A stretch of DNA of 64,000 nt, from positions 484,846-548,845 of the forward strand of contig WELA01001939.1 in NCBI GenBank assembly GCA_009602735.1, given 5' to 3'. Shown in pieces: positions 1 to 12,524 of the stretch. The DNA comes from Mesotaenium endlicherianum. Its lineage: Eukaryota. Position 1 is the first letter of the stretch. Each line of letters opens with the position of its first letter. The translations under genes were made by a program, and so were the position numbers. The notes beneath the pieces are model-generated. The model was not told the DNA's origin and made no database searches. It saw only the letters and a list, made by a program, of their open reading frames with translations.

Positions 1-1069
1 TTTTGTCAGTCGCAAGAGAGTCGCAGTTGATCGCCTTTAGTTTTGAAGGGAACGACTTCGACATAAGTTGGCGGAGATCGCCGGCGACCAACGGAAATCC
101 CGTATCCAACTCTCCTAAAGTTGGAGGCATGATCTCTGGCACAAGATGCGCTATTGCCGATTTTCCAATGCCCAAACACCAACTGGCTTCAACGGCTCCA
201 AACGGCTCGATGCCGGCCTTATACTTTTGCCAGCTGTTACGCACCACGTACACGACGGGCGAGGTATAGAAGGCATCCAATTTTATAAAGAACCGCACTT
301 TAGATGGGCCCTAAAGCAGATCTGAAGCGGACTAAAAAGAACGTCGTAGAGAGAACCTCACGAGATTACCTATCTCACTTGATAGCGAGCTAGGTATACA
401 TGCCCTCATTTCTAGTACACTACACGTAGGCACTTTCTCTTTGAAATGGAAATCAACTCTAGTGTATGAGTCCAATTTGGCATTGAGCATTTAAAGCACT
501 TATGTATTCAATATTGCAAGATCGTGCATTGCAATCGAGTTTTTGAAACAATCAACAAATGAATTCTTGTGTATGTAATTAGCATATGTATGGTCCTCTA
601 AACTATACTCTCAAACTGGACCACCTTCATAGCACGAACCTTCATGAGAAGTCGAGCATATCAATATTGATCGACTTGGATTTGGCCTTATGGAATTGCA
701 AATGCGGCATTCCCACTTTCTAATTGCTACGTATACGCTACTTGCCCGTCGTTATCGCAAAAGTCATCAAACATTTGTGGAGGTTGTCATCAACTTTCAA
801 GATATGTCACATACCTATGATGCTCTACCACAATGCTACATGAAACGTTTTTGAAACAACAGGATGCTCTGACGCACACAGCGCAGATTTTGAAAATTGA
901 AACAATGAGCGGCTTTTATCACTCGAACTGCATACAAGACTCCATACAATACTTGTGCCACACAAAACAAACTTAATATAGTTTTGGTGGAAGTGAAGTT
1001 TATGTAAAAATTCCTTAACAATGTCAAGGCAATCTTAAAATTGTTGTGCGTTGAGTGTTGGGCCATCAT

Positions 1070-1212
1070 TGTAGTGAAATAGATAGATAAAGTACTTAGC
1101 AAAATAGAATACTTTATTTTGACAAGAATCTTCGAACACAAGTGGTAGCTTCTTGAACGTTCCTATTATTATGGAATTTGGCAAGTACAAGAGTGATTCT
1201 AGAATGCCTCTC
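1070..1212 (-). mobile_element. Left part of an antisense family-A LTR, interrupted by element A1
   Basis: Starts TGTAGTGAAATAGATAGATAAAGTACTTAG and aligns by eye to 57901-58065 and 63757 onward. It is the reverse complement of the 3' end of the LTR at 1213-1688. Confidence 0.8.
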
Positions 1213-1688
1213 TGTAGTGATTTGAGTTATAATATAATAGTTTCTCTTTATTATAATAGTATTGATTATATTTGGAGTAATATTTTGTGGATTCAAGTGT
1301 GAATAGATATTCTAGTGACTTGGTTCATGTCCTTTGAACCTTTTAAGGCATTTTTGAAGTTAGAGAAAATCCTAAAAGAACTCCATGTGGCAAAAGTCAA
1401 ATGTGATATTTTGAGGTCAAAAAGACATGTGTACATTATTCTAGAAAGAAGTGGCAAGTTTTACGATGTGTTGGGTGCCAACACATTTACATGCACCTTC
1501 CTAGAAATTACTTATGTAGCAAGTATATAAACAAGAGCTAGAACATAGAAAGGCATTAGAGAATCACTCTTGTACTTGCCAAATTCCAAAATCATATTAA
1601 CTTTCAAGAAGCTATCTCTCTTTTAAGAAGCTACCACTTGTGTTCAAAGATCCTTGTCTTAAGTACTTTACCTATCTGCTTCACTACA
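1213..1688 (+). repeat. 5' LTR of element A1
   Basis: TG...CA ends with an 8-bp inverted terminus (TGTAGTGA/TCACTACA). Homologous to the reverse complement of 57901-58400 and followed by a PBS. Confidence 0.9.
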
Positions 1689-1689
1689 G

Positions 1690-1701
1690 TGGTATCCGAG
1701 C
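1690..1701 (+). promoter_or_regulatory. Primer binding site, tRNA-iMet-like (TGGTATCCGAGC)
   Basis: 1 nt after the LTR end. One mismatch to the common plant PBS TGGTATCAGAGC. Confidence 0.8.
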
Positions 1702-1725
1702 TAGGCCCCTTGGTAGCACAAGAAG

Positions 1726-2941
1726 ATGGCCGATCCTCGAGACCAACAGCAAGCTTTCGAAGGAAGCCCTTCCTCTCCAAGAGACCCTCCTCCAGCGCCG
1801 ATGGGAGAGCCCACGCAAGAAAATCTGCAACAACAAGAAGCACCACAAGGAGGAGCACCGTCAACTCCCGTGGCAGCCGCTATAGCAAAGTTGACTCCAC
1901 CACAAGGAGTTCCCGCAAATGAGTGGGCAGCCTTCCTAATGACCGTCCACAACCAAGTGGGCTTGGCCACCTATGAAGAAACCGTGCNAAACCGTGCAAG
2001 CATCAAGAGAAGCTATGGCTGCCATGGTTGGCCCTATTGCAAGCAATGCTCAAAATCCAGCCTCGGCTCAAGCGCCTCCACAAGAGCCAGCGAGAGCAAG
2101 GAAACTCATCAAGCCCGGCAAATCCGACACTTTCAACCCCGGGAAAGGAGCCAACCTGAATTTATGGCTCTACCAAGTCGAGACGTACCTCGCATTCCTT
2201 GAAGTACCCGAGGAGGACTACGTTCCCTTTGCCGTTACCTTACTTAGAGGAGCAGCAACATCATGGTGGCGTAACTATCAAGCGGCTATATATCAAGCTA
2301 TGGCGCACCCCATGCTCGGCCAAGAGCCCCCACCATCATATGCAAGATGGGCAGATTTTCGTGAGGCCCTCAAGAAGCAATTCATGCCCATCAATGCGGA
2401 GAAGATTGCCCGAGGAAAGCTCCACCATCTCAAGCAAACGACGTCCGTTCAAGAGTATACATCCAGATTTCACGCCCTCACTCTTGAGATCCCCAACATG
2501 TCTCTCGAGGAGAAGATTGACCGCTACATCTTTGGCCTCAAACCCAAGGTGGCAAAGGAAGTGGAATTACGCGACTTGACGGACTTCTCAAAGATCATTG
2601 AAGTGGCTCAAAAGGTGGATATCTTGGATTTCAAGCACTCCTTGTCTTCATCTTCACGAGCACCGGCGACGCGGGTGTATGCAGCCCCTTTCACATTCGA
2701 ATCTGGACCCACACCCATGGAAATCGGAGTTATTAAAAAGGACCCCGCGACTGCCCGGAAGAGTGAAAGACCCTCCAATGACACTTATGATGCAAGAAAC
2801 CAGCAAGGAGTGAAAGCAAGACTCTCCCCGGCTGGAAAAAAAGCTCTCATGACGGTTGGAATATGCTTTTTTTGTAAGGAAAAAAGCCATCGTGCACTCT
2901 CATGCCCCAAAAAGTTGTCAAAAAACGGACAGCGCTGGTAG
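1726..2941 (+). pseudogene. gag: gag of A1 (retrotransposon gag domain and CCHC zinc knuckle)
   Basis: MADPRDQQ start (same start in copy A2), LRGAATSWW, LKQTTSVQEYTSRF, GLKP, PMEIG and CFFCKEKSHRALSC. There is a frame break at the N at 1988, possibly an assembly artefact. Confidence 0.85.
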
Positions 2942-3814
2942 GCCAGGAGCCTACCAAACCAAGACCCACTTCACAAGAAGACGACAAGCCAAGTGAGGTG
3001 GAGATCCCCGTTGAAGACGACGTTCCAGCCCCAATGAGTTTGACAGGTTACCTTGGAGGAAAGAAGGTCCACATCTTGGTGGATAGCGGAGCTCAAGGCA
3101 ACTTTTTCGTTGCAGATTTTGCCACCAAGCACGGTATTACTGTGCGAACTCTTGATCACGACGAGGAGATTATGATGCCCGACAAATTCACTTATACTAC
3201 CGCTTCCAAGAAGACGTACCCCTTGTCATACTCTATCAAGTCCTTCAAGGATAGAGTAGTGTTCTCCCCCATGCAATTGGGCAAGTACGACGTCATCCTA
3301 GGGACGCCTTGGTTGACCAAGCACAACCCCCAAGTTGATTCAAGGGACGGTACTATCAAGATCAAGAATGACATCACTTCAAGAATCTGTATTTTGCGCG
3401 CAATCCAGAATATCCAGACCCAAGACATCAAGAAGCCGGCACACGAGATACTATTGTCCGCCCTCCAACTCAAGAGACTTGTGAAGAAGGGACACGAGCT
3501 TCTTTTGGCCTTGATCACGCCAAAAGACATCAAGAAAGACATCAAGAGTCAAGAAGGCAGCGCCACTCCCAAGAAGATACAAGAAGTCTTGGAGGATTAC
3601 AAAGAAGTTCTCTCCCGGAATAGCCCAAGGGCCTACCCCCCAAGAGATTCGTAGACCAGAAGATAGAGTTGGGCCCGGAAGCAAGCCCATCTCTCGGCCT
3701 ACTTTTAAGATGTCATACACAGAGCCAGACGAAGTCAAGAAGCAAATCAAGGAGCTACTGGAGCATGGCTTCATTCGACCTAGCAAGTCGCCATTTGGAG
3801 CCCCGGTGCTATTT

Positions 3815-5787
3815 TGTAATGAATCAGTTTATTATTTATTTAATTAATCGCATGTATAAATACAACATTAAATAAGTATTATATCAATATACTCACATGT
3901 GCGAGTTCTTCTAAATGAATGTATGTCAATGTAAAGCGAGTTTACTTACTTTGTCAAAAAGGTCAGCAGGATGACTTTTGAATCATAGTGTAGTTTGCTG
4001 ACTTTGTTGAAAAGGTCAGCAGGATGACTTTTGTATCATAGCATAGTTTGCTGACATTTATATATCTGTTATACATAGGATATAATATCAGTAGGTTGCC
4101 CTATAGTATGCTCGCTTGATATTAGTTAGTATACTTAGCTTCAGTACGCTGAGGATAGATATATTCATTCAGATTACTATTTGTAGATTGGCACATGTGA
4201 TCGTAGTATACTGAAAGTCGGGAGGTCGACTAAGATTTCGGTAAAACGATGTCCTACCAGTGTGGTTAACTCCTGGGTAGGCGGAGCCGTCGTCAGTCAG
4301 GTGAACAGTTAGGACTTCAGTCAATCGACCAATTAAAATGGTCGTTATGCCTAGATCCGTGGGTCCCAACTTCACGGGTTTTGAAAGGGGAGAGGGTGCG
4401 GGGAGTGCGCCCATACACACTCACGCACCCTCACCCGCGAGTGGAAGCGTGCACGAGGACCTTTCCTAGTTGCATACACAAGGTGGAGTGGCCTGGTGGT
4501 ATGCCACCCTTGCAAGAGTTAGAGGGCTACATGAGAGAGGAGTAAAAAAGAACTCACTTTATTAAGAAAAGTCGTGTACAAGATATGAAGGTTTGACTAG
4601 ACTAATTAGGCTAGACTCCCTCTCCTTCTTTGTGCTTCCTATTCATGCTTCAACTCGAAGTGTCCTCTCTAGCAAAGTACCTCCAGAACCTTCTACTATG
4701 GCTCCTTCCATGTAGGTGACCTTGCCTAATTGGACAAGCTAGCACACTCACACGCACACACTCACACTCTAGAATATTCTACTACACAACCCACTAACTC
4801 TCAAGGAGTTTCTAGAAATTCCACAATCACTTCGGCACTCTACGTGATTGTACGTAGTTTCTGGAACCCTCATGATTCAATGTCCTACTTTCTGGACTCC
4901 AACCGAAATTTTCGTCAATGGACCCGTCCTTGTCACTTGATTGAATCTGTGACACTAAAAACTCACTAAAAATTTTCTCAATACTTGTCCAAATGACATG
5001 AAATAAAGGCCAAAGTTCTTCTAGAATCACACTCTATGCACATAAAATGCTAGAAAAAATACAAACTACACTTTGATAACCTTACAAGTTTCCCATGGAA
5101 CGGCGCACCTTGCGCCATGGTCAACCAGGTGGTCACTAGGTACATAGCAGGCCGGGATCTCAAGGTCCCTCATTCTGGAGAGTAGATTTTAGAGTCGGAT
5201 TTTCTACTTGCAAGTCATGTGTGCACTTTTGGGTTTGTTATTATGACCAGCTTTTACGAATATTGACGTGGGTGCTTCGTCTGCGCTTCTAGTGGAGCAA
5301 ACTGGGACATTTTAGAAAAGTCTCGTTAAGATGCGTACGCTGCCGTTGAGTTTGCTGAATTTGGAGTAGTATTGACAGAGTTTTGCCCTCTGACATTTCG
5401 GGATCACACAGCAGACAGATTCTATGGTTTTGCACCTAAGTCAGGGGGATGTGTTTTAGCTACTTTATGGTTATCTGAATGAGAGCGCCTTTGCTAGTCA
5501 GTCCCCTGATGTTGTGTATGTGCTTATACATGCTTGTATGCTTGGTAGGCGAGAGGCCATGAGTTTCTAAAGGAGAAGCTCTAGTCCTCAAGCTCGCCTC
5601 TTTCTTGTGCCTTGTGTTAGTGTGCAACTATGGCACACTACGGTAAGTGAGTCAAGGGTTATAGATGAGTAAACGGAATTCATTCTAAGGGCAAAGATCG
5701 CTCCCTAATTTTACACGCTTTTACCTAACTCTGATCTTATATATTTAAATGAAAAATATTTAACTTGAATAAGCAAGATTCATTTCA
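3815..5787 (+). mobile_element. Solo LTR, family C, inserted in the RT of A1
   Basis: Termini TGTAATGAATC...GATTCATTTCA with perfect 5-bp TSD TATTT (3810-3814 and 5788-5792). Removing it restores [12 protein letters not shown] as in copy A2. Homologous to 29197-30446. Confidence 0.9.
4382..5086. mobile_element. Solo LTR, family D, nested in the family-C solo LTR
   Basis: 705-bp segment absent from the second C copy. Ends TGAAAGG...CCTTACA with flanks GGTTT/AGTTT (5-bp TSD, 1 mismatch). Confidence 0.78.
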
Positions 5788-8700
5788 TATTTGTCAAGAA
5801 GAAGGATGGTACTTTGAGAATGTGTGTGGACTATCGCGCCCTCAACAAGATCACCATCAAAAATCGATACCCGCTGCCGCGCATGGGTGAACTCAAAGAC
5901 CGGCTGGTTGGAGCCAAGTGCTTCAAGAAGGTGGACTTGAGAAGCGGCTACCACCAGATTTGCTTCGCCGAACCTATCATAGAGAAAACGGCATTCAGGA
6001 CAAGATATGGACATTTTGAGTTCATGGTCCTGCCATTTGGACTCACCAACGCGCCAGCAACTTTCATGACTAAGATGAACACCATATTTCAGCCCATATT
6101 GGACAGATTTGTGGTGGTATTCATCAACAACATCCTTATCTACAGCACAACCCTTGACGAGCATGCAAGACACTTGAAAGAAGTCCTCGAAGTATTGAAG
6201 CAAAACAAGCTATTTGCAAAGGAATCAAAGTGCGAGTTTGCCAAACAAGAAGTGGAGTTCTTAGGTCTCCACGTGACTGCTGATGGCATCAAGATGAACC
6301 CCAAGAAGACCACGGTGGTGGAGGAATCGCCAACCCCCACGACCAAGAAAGAAGTTAGAACTCCAATCATTCTTGGGATTTGTCAATTGGTACTGGAGGT
6401 TCATCCAGAGCTTCTCTCACATAGCAGCCCCCCTCACGGATCTACTCAAGAAAGACAAGCCATATGTTTGAACCAAGAAAATTGAGGAAGCATTTGAACA
6501 ACTGAAGCAAAGATTGACGACATCCTCGGTGCTCACACTCCCAAGTCCAAACCCAGATTGGCCCTTCCACGTCATCACCAATGCATCTTCCTATGCAATT
6601 GGAGCAATCCTGCTCCAAGACCAAGGCAAGGGACTGCAGCCAATTGCCTACAAATCAAGGAAGCTAAATCCAGCCGAGCAAAATTATACAACCACGGAGC
6701 GAGAGGCGTTGGCGATTGTACATGCCTTGAAGGTTTGGCGCTGCTACGTTAAGGACGCAAGGTACTGGTCACCACGGACTACGAGGCGTTAAAGCACCTC
6801 CAGACGCAGCCGTATCTCTCAAGGAGACAAGCAAGATGGAGCGCATACTTGCAACAATACAACATCACGATTTAGTACCAGCCCGGCAAGACAAACCCGG
6901 CTCACCCCCTCTCAAGACTGCAATTAAACGCAGTGATGACATCCCTGAAGACAGATCTAGAAGCTCGATTTTCAGCCGCCTATGAAAGAGACCCTTACTA
7001 CAAGAACGGAGAAGCAGCCTTGGACCCATACAAGAAGCAAGAAGGCAATTATTGGATGAGGCAAGACACGGGCCAGAGATTTGTTCCTAATGACTTAGAC
7101 CTCCGACTCTTGCTTCTACGAGAAGCACACGACAACCCTCTTGGAGGACACTTTGGAATCCTCAAGACCACGAGCGTTCTAGCCATGACTTATTGCTGGC
7201 CAGGCATGTCTAAGCAAGTCAAGAAGTACTGCAAGAGCTGTGACACATGCCAAAGAGTCAAGCCCTCATCACAAAAGGCGGGGAGACTCCTCCAACCACT
7301 ACCAATCCCGGAAAGGCAATGGACGGACATCTCAATGGACCTTATCGTGGACGTGCCCGTGACACCTCGAGGCCATAATGCAATACTAAAAGTGGTGGAC
7401 AGACTTACCAAGATGGTTGATATTACTCCCACAATGACTAAGGCTACAACACCACAACTTGCAACACTCATCTTTGACAACATCTTCCGATTCCATGGAC
7501 TACCATCAAGAATTGTGTCGGATAGAGATCCAAGATTCACAAGCCATTTTTGGAAAAATCTCTTCAAGAACTTGGGTACATCGCTGGATATGTCCGCTGC
7601 CTACCACCCGCAATTAGATGGACAAATAGAGCGTATGAATCATACTCTAAAGACCTCTCTAAAGGCTTATGTGTCTACCCTGGAGCAAGACTGGGACATG
7701 TACTTGACCCCCTTGGAGTTTGCCTACATTAACATGACGCGGGCCTCTACCCAAGAGTCCCCATTCTTCCTCAATTATAGCTTCCATCCGACCACGCCAC
7801 TGAGCCTCACGACTGGCCATGATGAAGTACCTGCAGCAACAAAAAGATTTTATGGAGACATTAGAAGCAGCCCTTGCAGCAGCCAAGAAAGCTCTACAAC
7901 ATGCGCAAGATGCTCAAGCGAGAGTGGCAAACAGGTCCAGAAGAGAAATTACGTACAGAGTGGGTGACAACGTGTTACTATCATTCAAGAACATTTCCCT
8001 GAACAACAGGCCTGCCGGCAGCAAATTCTCTCCCAAGTATTTGGGACCCTTCAAGATTATCCAGCAAGTCAACCCCGTTGCTTTCAAGCGAGAGCTTTCC
8101 CGAACTATGCACATCGACCCCGTATTCCACACTTCCCTCTTCAAGCCATATGTGCAACTGGACAACAAGTTCCCAAGACGAGTGACAACCCCCCCAGCCC
8201 CAACAATAGTGGATGATCATCTGGAGTACGAAGTGGAAGACATATTGGCTATGAGAAATTTCAGGAGACAGCAACAGTACTTGATCAAGTGGAAAGGATA
8301 TCCAGATTCTGAGAATAGTTAGGTGGCGGCGCACTACCTTGACAAAGTTCAACGAAAGCTGAAACGCTTCCATGCCGCCAACCCCCATCTTGGACTAGCC
8401 CCAAGTCTCTCTCTTACAAGCCAAAAGATTTCAGGGAGGCAGCTTGCCACCATCCAGAAGCAGCAGAAGACCCCGTGGAGGCAGCCTGCAAGAACCAGAA
8501 AGAGGAAAAATTGACATTAGGCATCCTTCTATTCTCGCAGTTTCTAGACATAAAACTAAAACTGCTACTGCTCATAGGTTTTTGCATATTAAATTTTGAA
8601 AGTTTGCTTGGCTGTAGTCCATGAGTAGGTGGTTTCTTAGAGATGAAGTTTGCTCAATTTGGAGCAGTGATTAGAGAGATAAAAATCTCTGAACACGAGG

Positions 8701-8937
8701 GGGTCAGGCTGCTCGCATTATTCGGGCAAAATATGCCTTCCAACATTGCGCCCTCCCCTGAACTTGGAATGCTCTGAAACTCAAGACTATGATAGAAGAC
8801 CTTACTGCACCCATTTAGAGACTATATTTGCAAAGTTTGAAGAAGTATAGATGGACTTATGATTTTCAGAAATTCCTGCTCAAATTCGGAGGAGTACCTA
8901 CTCTCTCTGCTCTCGACGACACTCCAGAACTTAAAAT

Positions 8938-9098
8938 GTTCTTCTAGGTTCTTCTTCTAATTTTAAAAATGCCGTAGAAGGTTCAAAGAACATGAAACAA
9001 GTCACTAGAGTATCTGTTCACACTTGAATCCACACATAATTACTTTGCAAACATTCAAAATGATAACGAACCAATATATTCTAACTTCTATCACTACA
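8938..9098 (-). mobile_element. Right part of an antisense family-A LTR
   Basis: Aligns to 58231-58400 (AAGGTTCAAAG..CATGAA..CAAGTCACTAGAGTA..TTCACACTTGAATCCACACA) and ends TCACTACA. Confidence 0.8.
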
Positions 9099-9272
9099 AT
9101 TTCCTTCAGACTCATCCACCGATGCGGCTGTAATCTTGTGAAAAGACAACCACGCAAATATTGGCGATTGATGAGTGCATTATTTGGATAAGGACCCCTA
9201 AATAAAAAACTTAATGTGATCATTTGTGCTTCTAATACCGAGCGCTGAGAAGTACATTCATGTGAAATTTGC

Positions 9273-9441
9273 TGTAATGGTTTAAGATTTATTAAGATGT
9301 TGCATTATGGTAACTCAATGACATGATTTAATTTGTTGAACTTTAGTAATAATTTTGTGTAATTACTAGACCAATCATGGAAGGCTGGATTCTTCCTAAG
9401 TTAGCTCGTTGTCACATTCTTTGATAGCCAGCTAATTGCCT
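9273..9441 (+). mobile_element. Old, diverged fragment resembling the 5' part of the family-B LTR
   Basis: Starts TGTAATG and contains GTTGAACTTTAGT and CACATTCTTTGATAGCCAGCT, similar to the B LTR sequence GACACATTCTTTGACAGCCAGCTG. Confidence 0.5.
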
Positions 9442-9630
9442 TACGCGAAACTAGCGAATTTCCTAATAAGTAACTTTCACTACGTGCAAAATTTTTTCAT
9501 TTTTTTGGGTCTTGCAAGGCGTCAACCTGTTACCTCTGGTGGGGGGCACAATAAGCCTTTTTGGAGGTTGCCACTTGCACCTAATTCAGAGTGTGCATGT
9601 GGGAATCTCATTAATAAATATATTTCTTGT

Positions 9631-10000
9631 TGTAATGAATCAATATTGTTGGTAGTATAATAGTCATTCAAATCGTAGTTAATTTAGTCAAGTCTGTTGA
9701 ACTCTAGTTAATACTAAATCTGTTGAACTTTTAATATAATTCAGCATAATGACTCAGCCAAGAGCAGCAGGCTAAGGTCAGCTATAAGTCAGCTTGCTGA
9801 CACATTCTTGCACAGCCAACTGACTGCCGTACTCGATATCAGTGAATTGCCTAGCTATGCAACCAAGTGTGACATACTAGATGAGTAGCCAGATGACACC
9901 CTTGGGTGGATGGCGATTTGGGTCGATGGAGATGGCTATGGGTTTGGTTAGCCGAGGTCCTACCGACTTGGTTAACTCCCGGGTAGGGGGTGCAATCGTC
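9631..10000 (+). mobile_element. 5' half of split solo LTR B3 (family B)
   Basis: Starts TGTAATGAATC and matches the B LTR up to ...CCCGGGTAGG-GGTGCAATCG. Preceded by CTTGT (9626-9630), which is repeated after 31865. Confidence 0.85.
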
Positions 10001-10025
10001 TCTTGAATTGTCCTAATGTTCCTGG

Positions 10026-10745
10026 TGAAATGAATCGACTTACCAAATAGGCGATTAACAATTAATAAAGATCTTTATATCAGCAAGTAATCTTTATGGT
10101 ATTTTTCCATTAAATGATTTAACAGCAAAGGACAACACACTAGCAGTGAATAATACTCGTAAGTCAAATGCAAGTAAACTAGCATCAATAATGCAATCAG
10201 TACACTCCTACATAAGCAAGGTTGGAAGACAGTGCGTATCAATGGCTTCTCGCCTTGGATTCAGATCTCTCTCAGTAAGTTGTACAGGAGAGTTGGCCTC
10301 GTTTTCAAATGCGGAACTCGAGAGCAATACCTAGCATATGTACACGGAATGAGTTTACTGTTCAACGGCCAGTGCGATTGCACCGCCTACCCGGGAGTTA
10401 ACCACGTTGGTAGGACCTCGATTAACCAAATCCACTGCCATCTTCCATCATCCCGAATCGTCATCCATCATAGGGATGTCATCTGGCCATTCATCTAGCA
10501 TACCACACTTAGATATCTATCGAGGCAGTTCGCAGCTACCGAGTACGGAATTCAGCTGGCGGTCAAAGAATGAGTCTGCAAGCTGACTTGAGTTGACTTC
10601 AGCCTGCTGCCCCCGGCTAAGTCCTTAAATTGATAATTACATAACGTCCAGCAGACTCAATACTACATAAAGTTCAGCAGACTGAACTTAATTAACTATC
10701 ATATTTAAATAAATACTATATCTACCTATATGCTGATTTATTACA
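10026..10745 (-). repeat. 3' LTR of B2
   Basis: TGAAATGAATC...GATTTATTACA on the + strand, adjacent to the PPT at 10746-10760. Confidence 0.93.
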
Positions 10746-10857
10746 ATCCCTCCAACTTAACTTGTTGTCGCCTCGACAACATTAAACTGCAGTAGTTTTT
10801 AATCAGGGAACTGAACCTGACCAGCCTCCCCCACTGACTGCCTCTTCAGCCTGTCCT

Positions 10858-12524
10858 CTACGGGGTTGTTCCTGGTGCTTCAGGATCAGGAGACTGAGAT
10901 CTGGACCTAGATTTGGACTGCCCTCTAGGTCTGTCAGCTGGCCTTCTAAAGAATCCCGTTTGTTCTAAAGTTGGACCTCAAGGAGAACGAAGGATGGTAG
11001 CCTGCTCTTCAACCACTTGGGTGTTGATCCCCACATAGACAGGTATTTTAGTAGGATGCTGAAATACATTGGCAAGAGGTACATGCTCCTGAGCGAAGGA
11101 AGAGGCTGGCATACCTCTGGCCACCCCGCGTGTCCCTTTTCTAACACCCTGTCGTCTGGGAATTTTTGCCTTTGTCTGCTGCCAAGTACAGTCAGATAAG
11201 CTTCTTCCCCTGCTTGGGCAGGTGGGCTGGGGGAGCGAGTGCGAGGTTCAGACACCTCCAGGGCCGGGGTCAAATGCCATATTCCTGATCTTGGCTCCTG
11301 AGGAAGCCCCGCTCTTGCCTGCCCCTGGGTGTCCTGAGTACCAGCTCCTGATGCTTCTCCTCTACCTTGTTCTTCTTCCTCATCCTCCTCATCTTCCTCC
11401 TCTGAGAGGGTAGGAGTCTCGTCCACTAAGACGTCCTGCTCCCTGGTAGACATGGAGTAGTCTACTGACCTCCCTTTCTTAAGGCGCGCCGGAGGTTGCT
11501 TGGCCTTCAACCTGCTGATATCTATCCGGCCTGCATTCTTCGCCCATTTGACGAAGGCATGCTTTCCCTTAGAGAAGTAGTTTCTCCCCCTCCTCCTGTG
11601 CTCTTTGGTCTCTGCATTCATATTGCTAAGGCAGCCATTCAGCCTGGGGTCCCAAGGGGCAATGTGAGGTGGTAGGATGAGGTAGCCGTCCAGGCCATAG
11701 TGGAAGTCATCCGGTTGGGCTCGGTCACACTCCTGCTTTTTGTTTGTGACGGTCATCCACCTCCAGTCTGTTGGCTGCTGGTAGTACTGGGGTCCATGCT
11801 CAGCCTTCCTCAGTTTACACGGGAACCAGTGGGGAGAGAACATCTGCTGTCCAGCTTCCTTGGCGAAGTACTCCCAGCTCCTTCTCTCAACTTCATTATA
11901 AGCTGGCAGTAGTGTGTGGTAGAATTCCGTATTCTTAAAGCTATCGGGCCGCATGCTCACCATCTTGATGAGAGTCTGATCTCCTACTATTCTCGGTATT
12001 GGAATCGGCTTGTTCTCTGAATCATCTGCAAGGTACCGGGCCTGCTCTGCTGTATAGCCCACCATCTTGGCATAATCTTTGTAGAGGACCACACCAGTGT
12101 GTGTCTCAATGTACCTATCCAGTGCTGCAGCTCCTTCCCTCTGTAGCAGTGTTGTCTGTTCCAGCTTGTTGATCTCCTGGGCTGCCAGCAATGCTTCCTT
12201 CAGGTTATCAAAGTTTTGGCCACCCACCACAGTATACCTGTAAGTGGCCAAGCTCTTCTGCCTGTCCGCTTCAGCCTTTTTCCTTCTCTTCTCCGCTTCT
12301 TCTTGTTGTTTCTTCTGTCTCTCCTCCTCAGCTTTCCTGAGGTTTTTCGCTTTTTAATCCTTCTTCCTCTGTGCTTCTTCTGCCGCCTCTTGTTGTCGGC
12401 GGACCTTTTCTTGTTCTCTCCTGGTGAGGGACGTCGCCGCCAGCTCCTTCTGGTATTGCTCCATTGTCCTCCTGGCTTCTTCTGCCTTGCACTTTCTGTC
12501 CTCCTTTTGTGTGGTGGGAGCCAT
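10858..12524 (-). pseudogene. Disrupted copy of the family-B extra 3' ORF
   Basis: Collinear with 14275-15951. Premature TAA at 12354-12356 and a frameshift near 11140. Core protein sequence is nearly identical to the B1 copy. Confidence 0.85.

Larger units (their letters stand above)
2920..8514 (+). pseudogene. pol: pol of A1 (PR-RT-RH-IN-chromodomain), disrupted and interrupted by solo LTRs
   Basis: Fragments 2902-3654 (LVDSGA), 5814-6485 (RT; catalytic DD mutated to FINNIL), 6514-6792 (RNase H), 6933-7967 (IN) and 7819-8514 (GPF, chromodomain YEVEDIL...YLIKWKGY). Confidence 0.9.
1213..8942 (+). mobile_element. Ty3/gypsy chromovirus, family A copy 1 (degenerate, 3'-truncated)
   Basis: 5' LTR TGTAGTGA...TCACTACA, PBS, gag with CCHC knuckle, PR (LVDSGA), RT, RNase H, IN (HHCC, GPF/Y motif) and chromodomain in gypsy order. 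It has many frameshifts and stops, and no PPT or 3' LTR. Confidence 0.92.

Noticed and set aside
1..290. Open frames on both strands at the window start
   Set aside because: No recognisable motif and truncated by the window edge, so no call can be supported.
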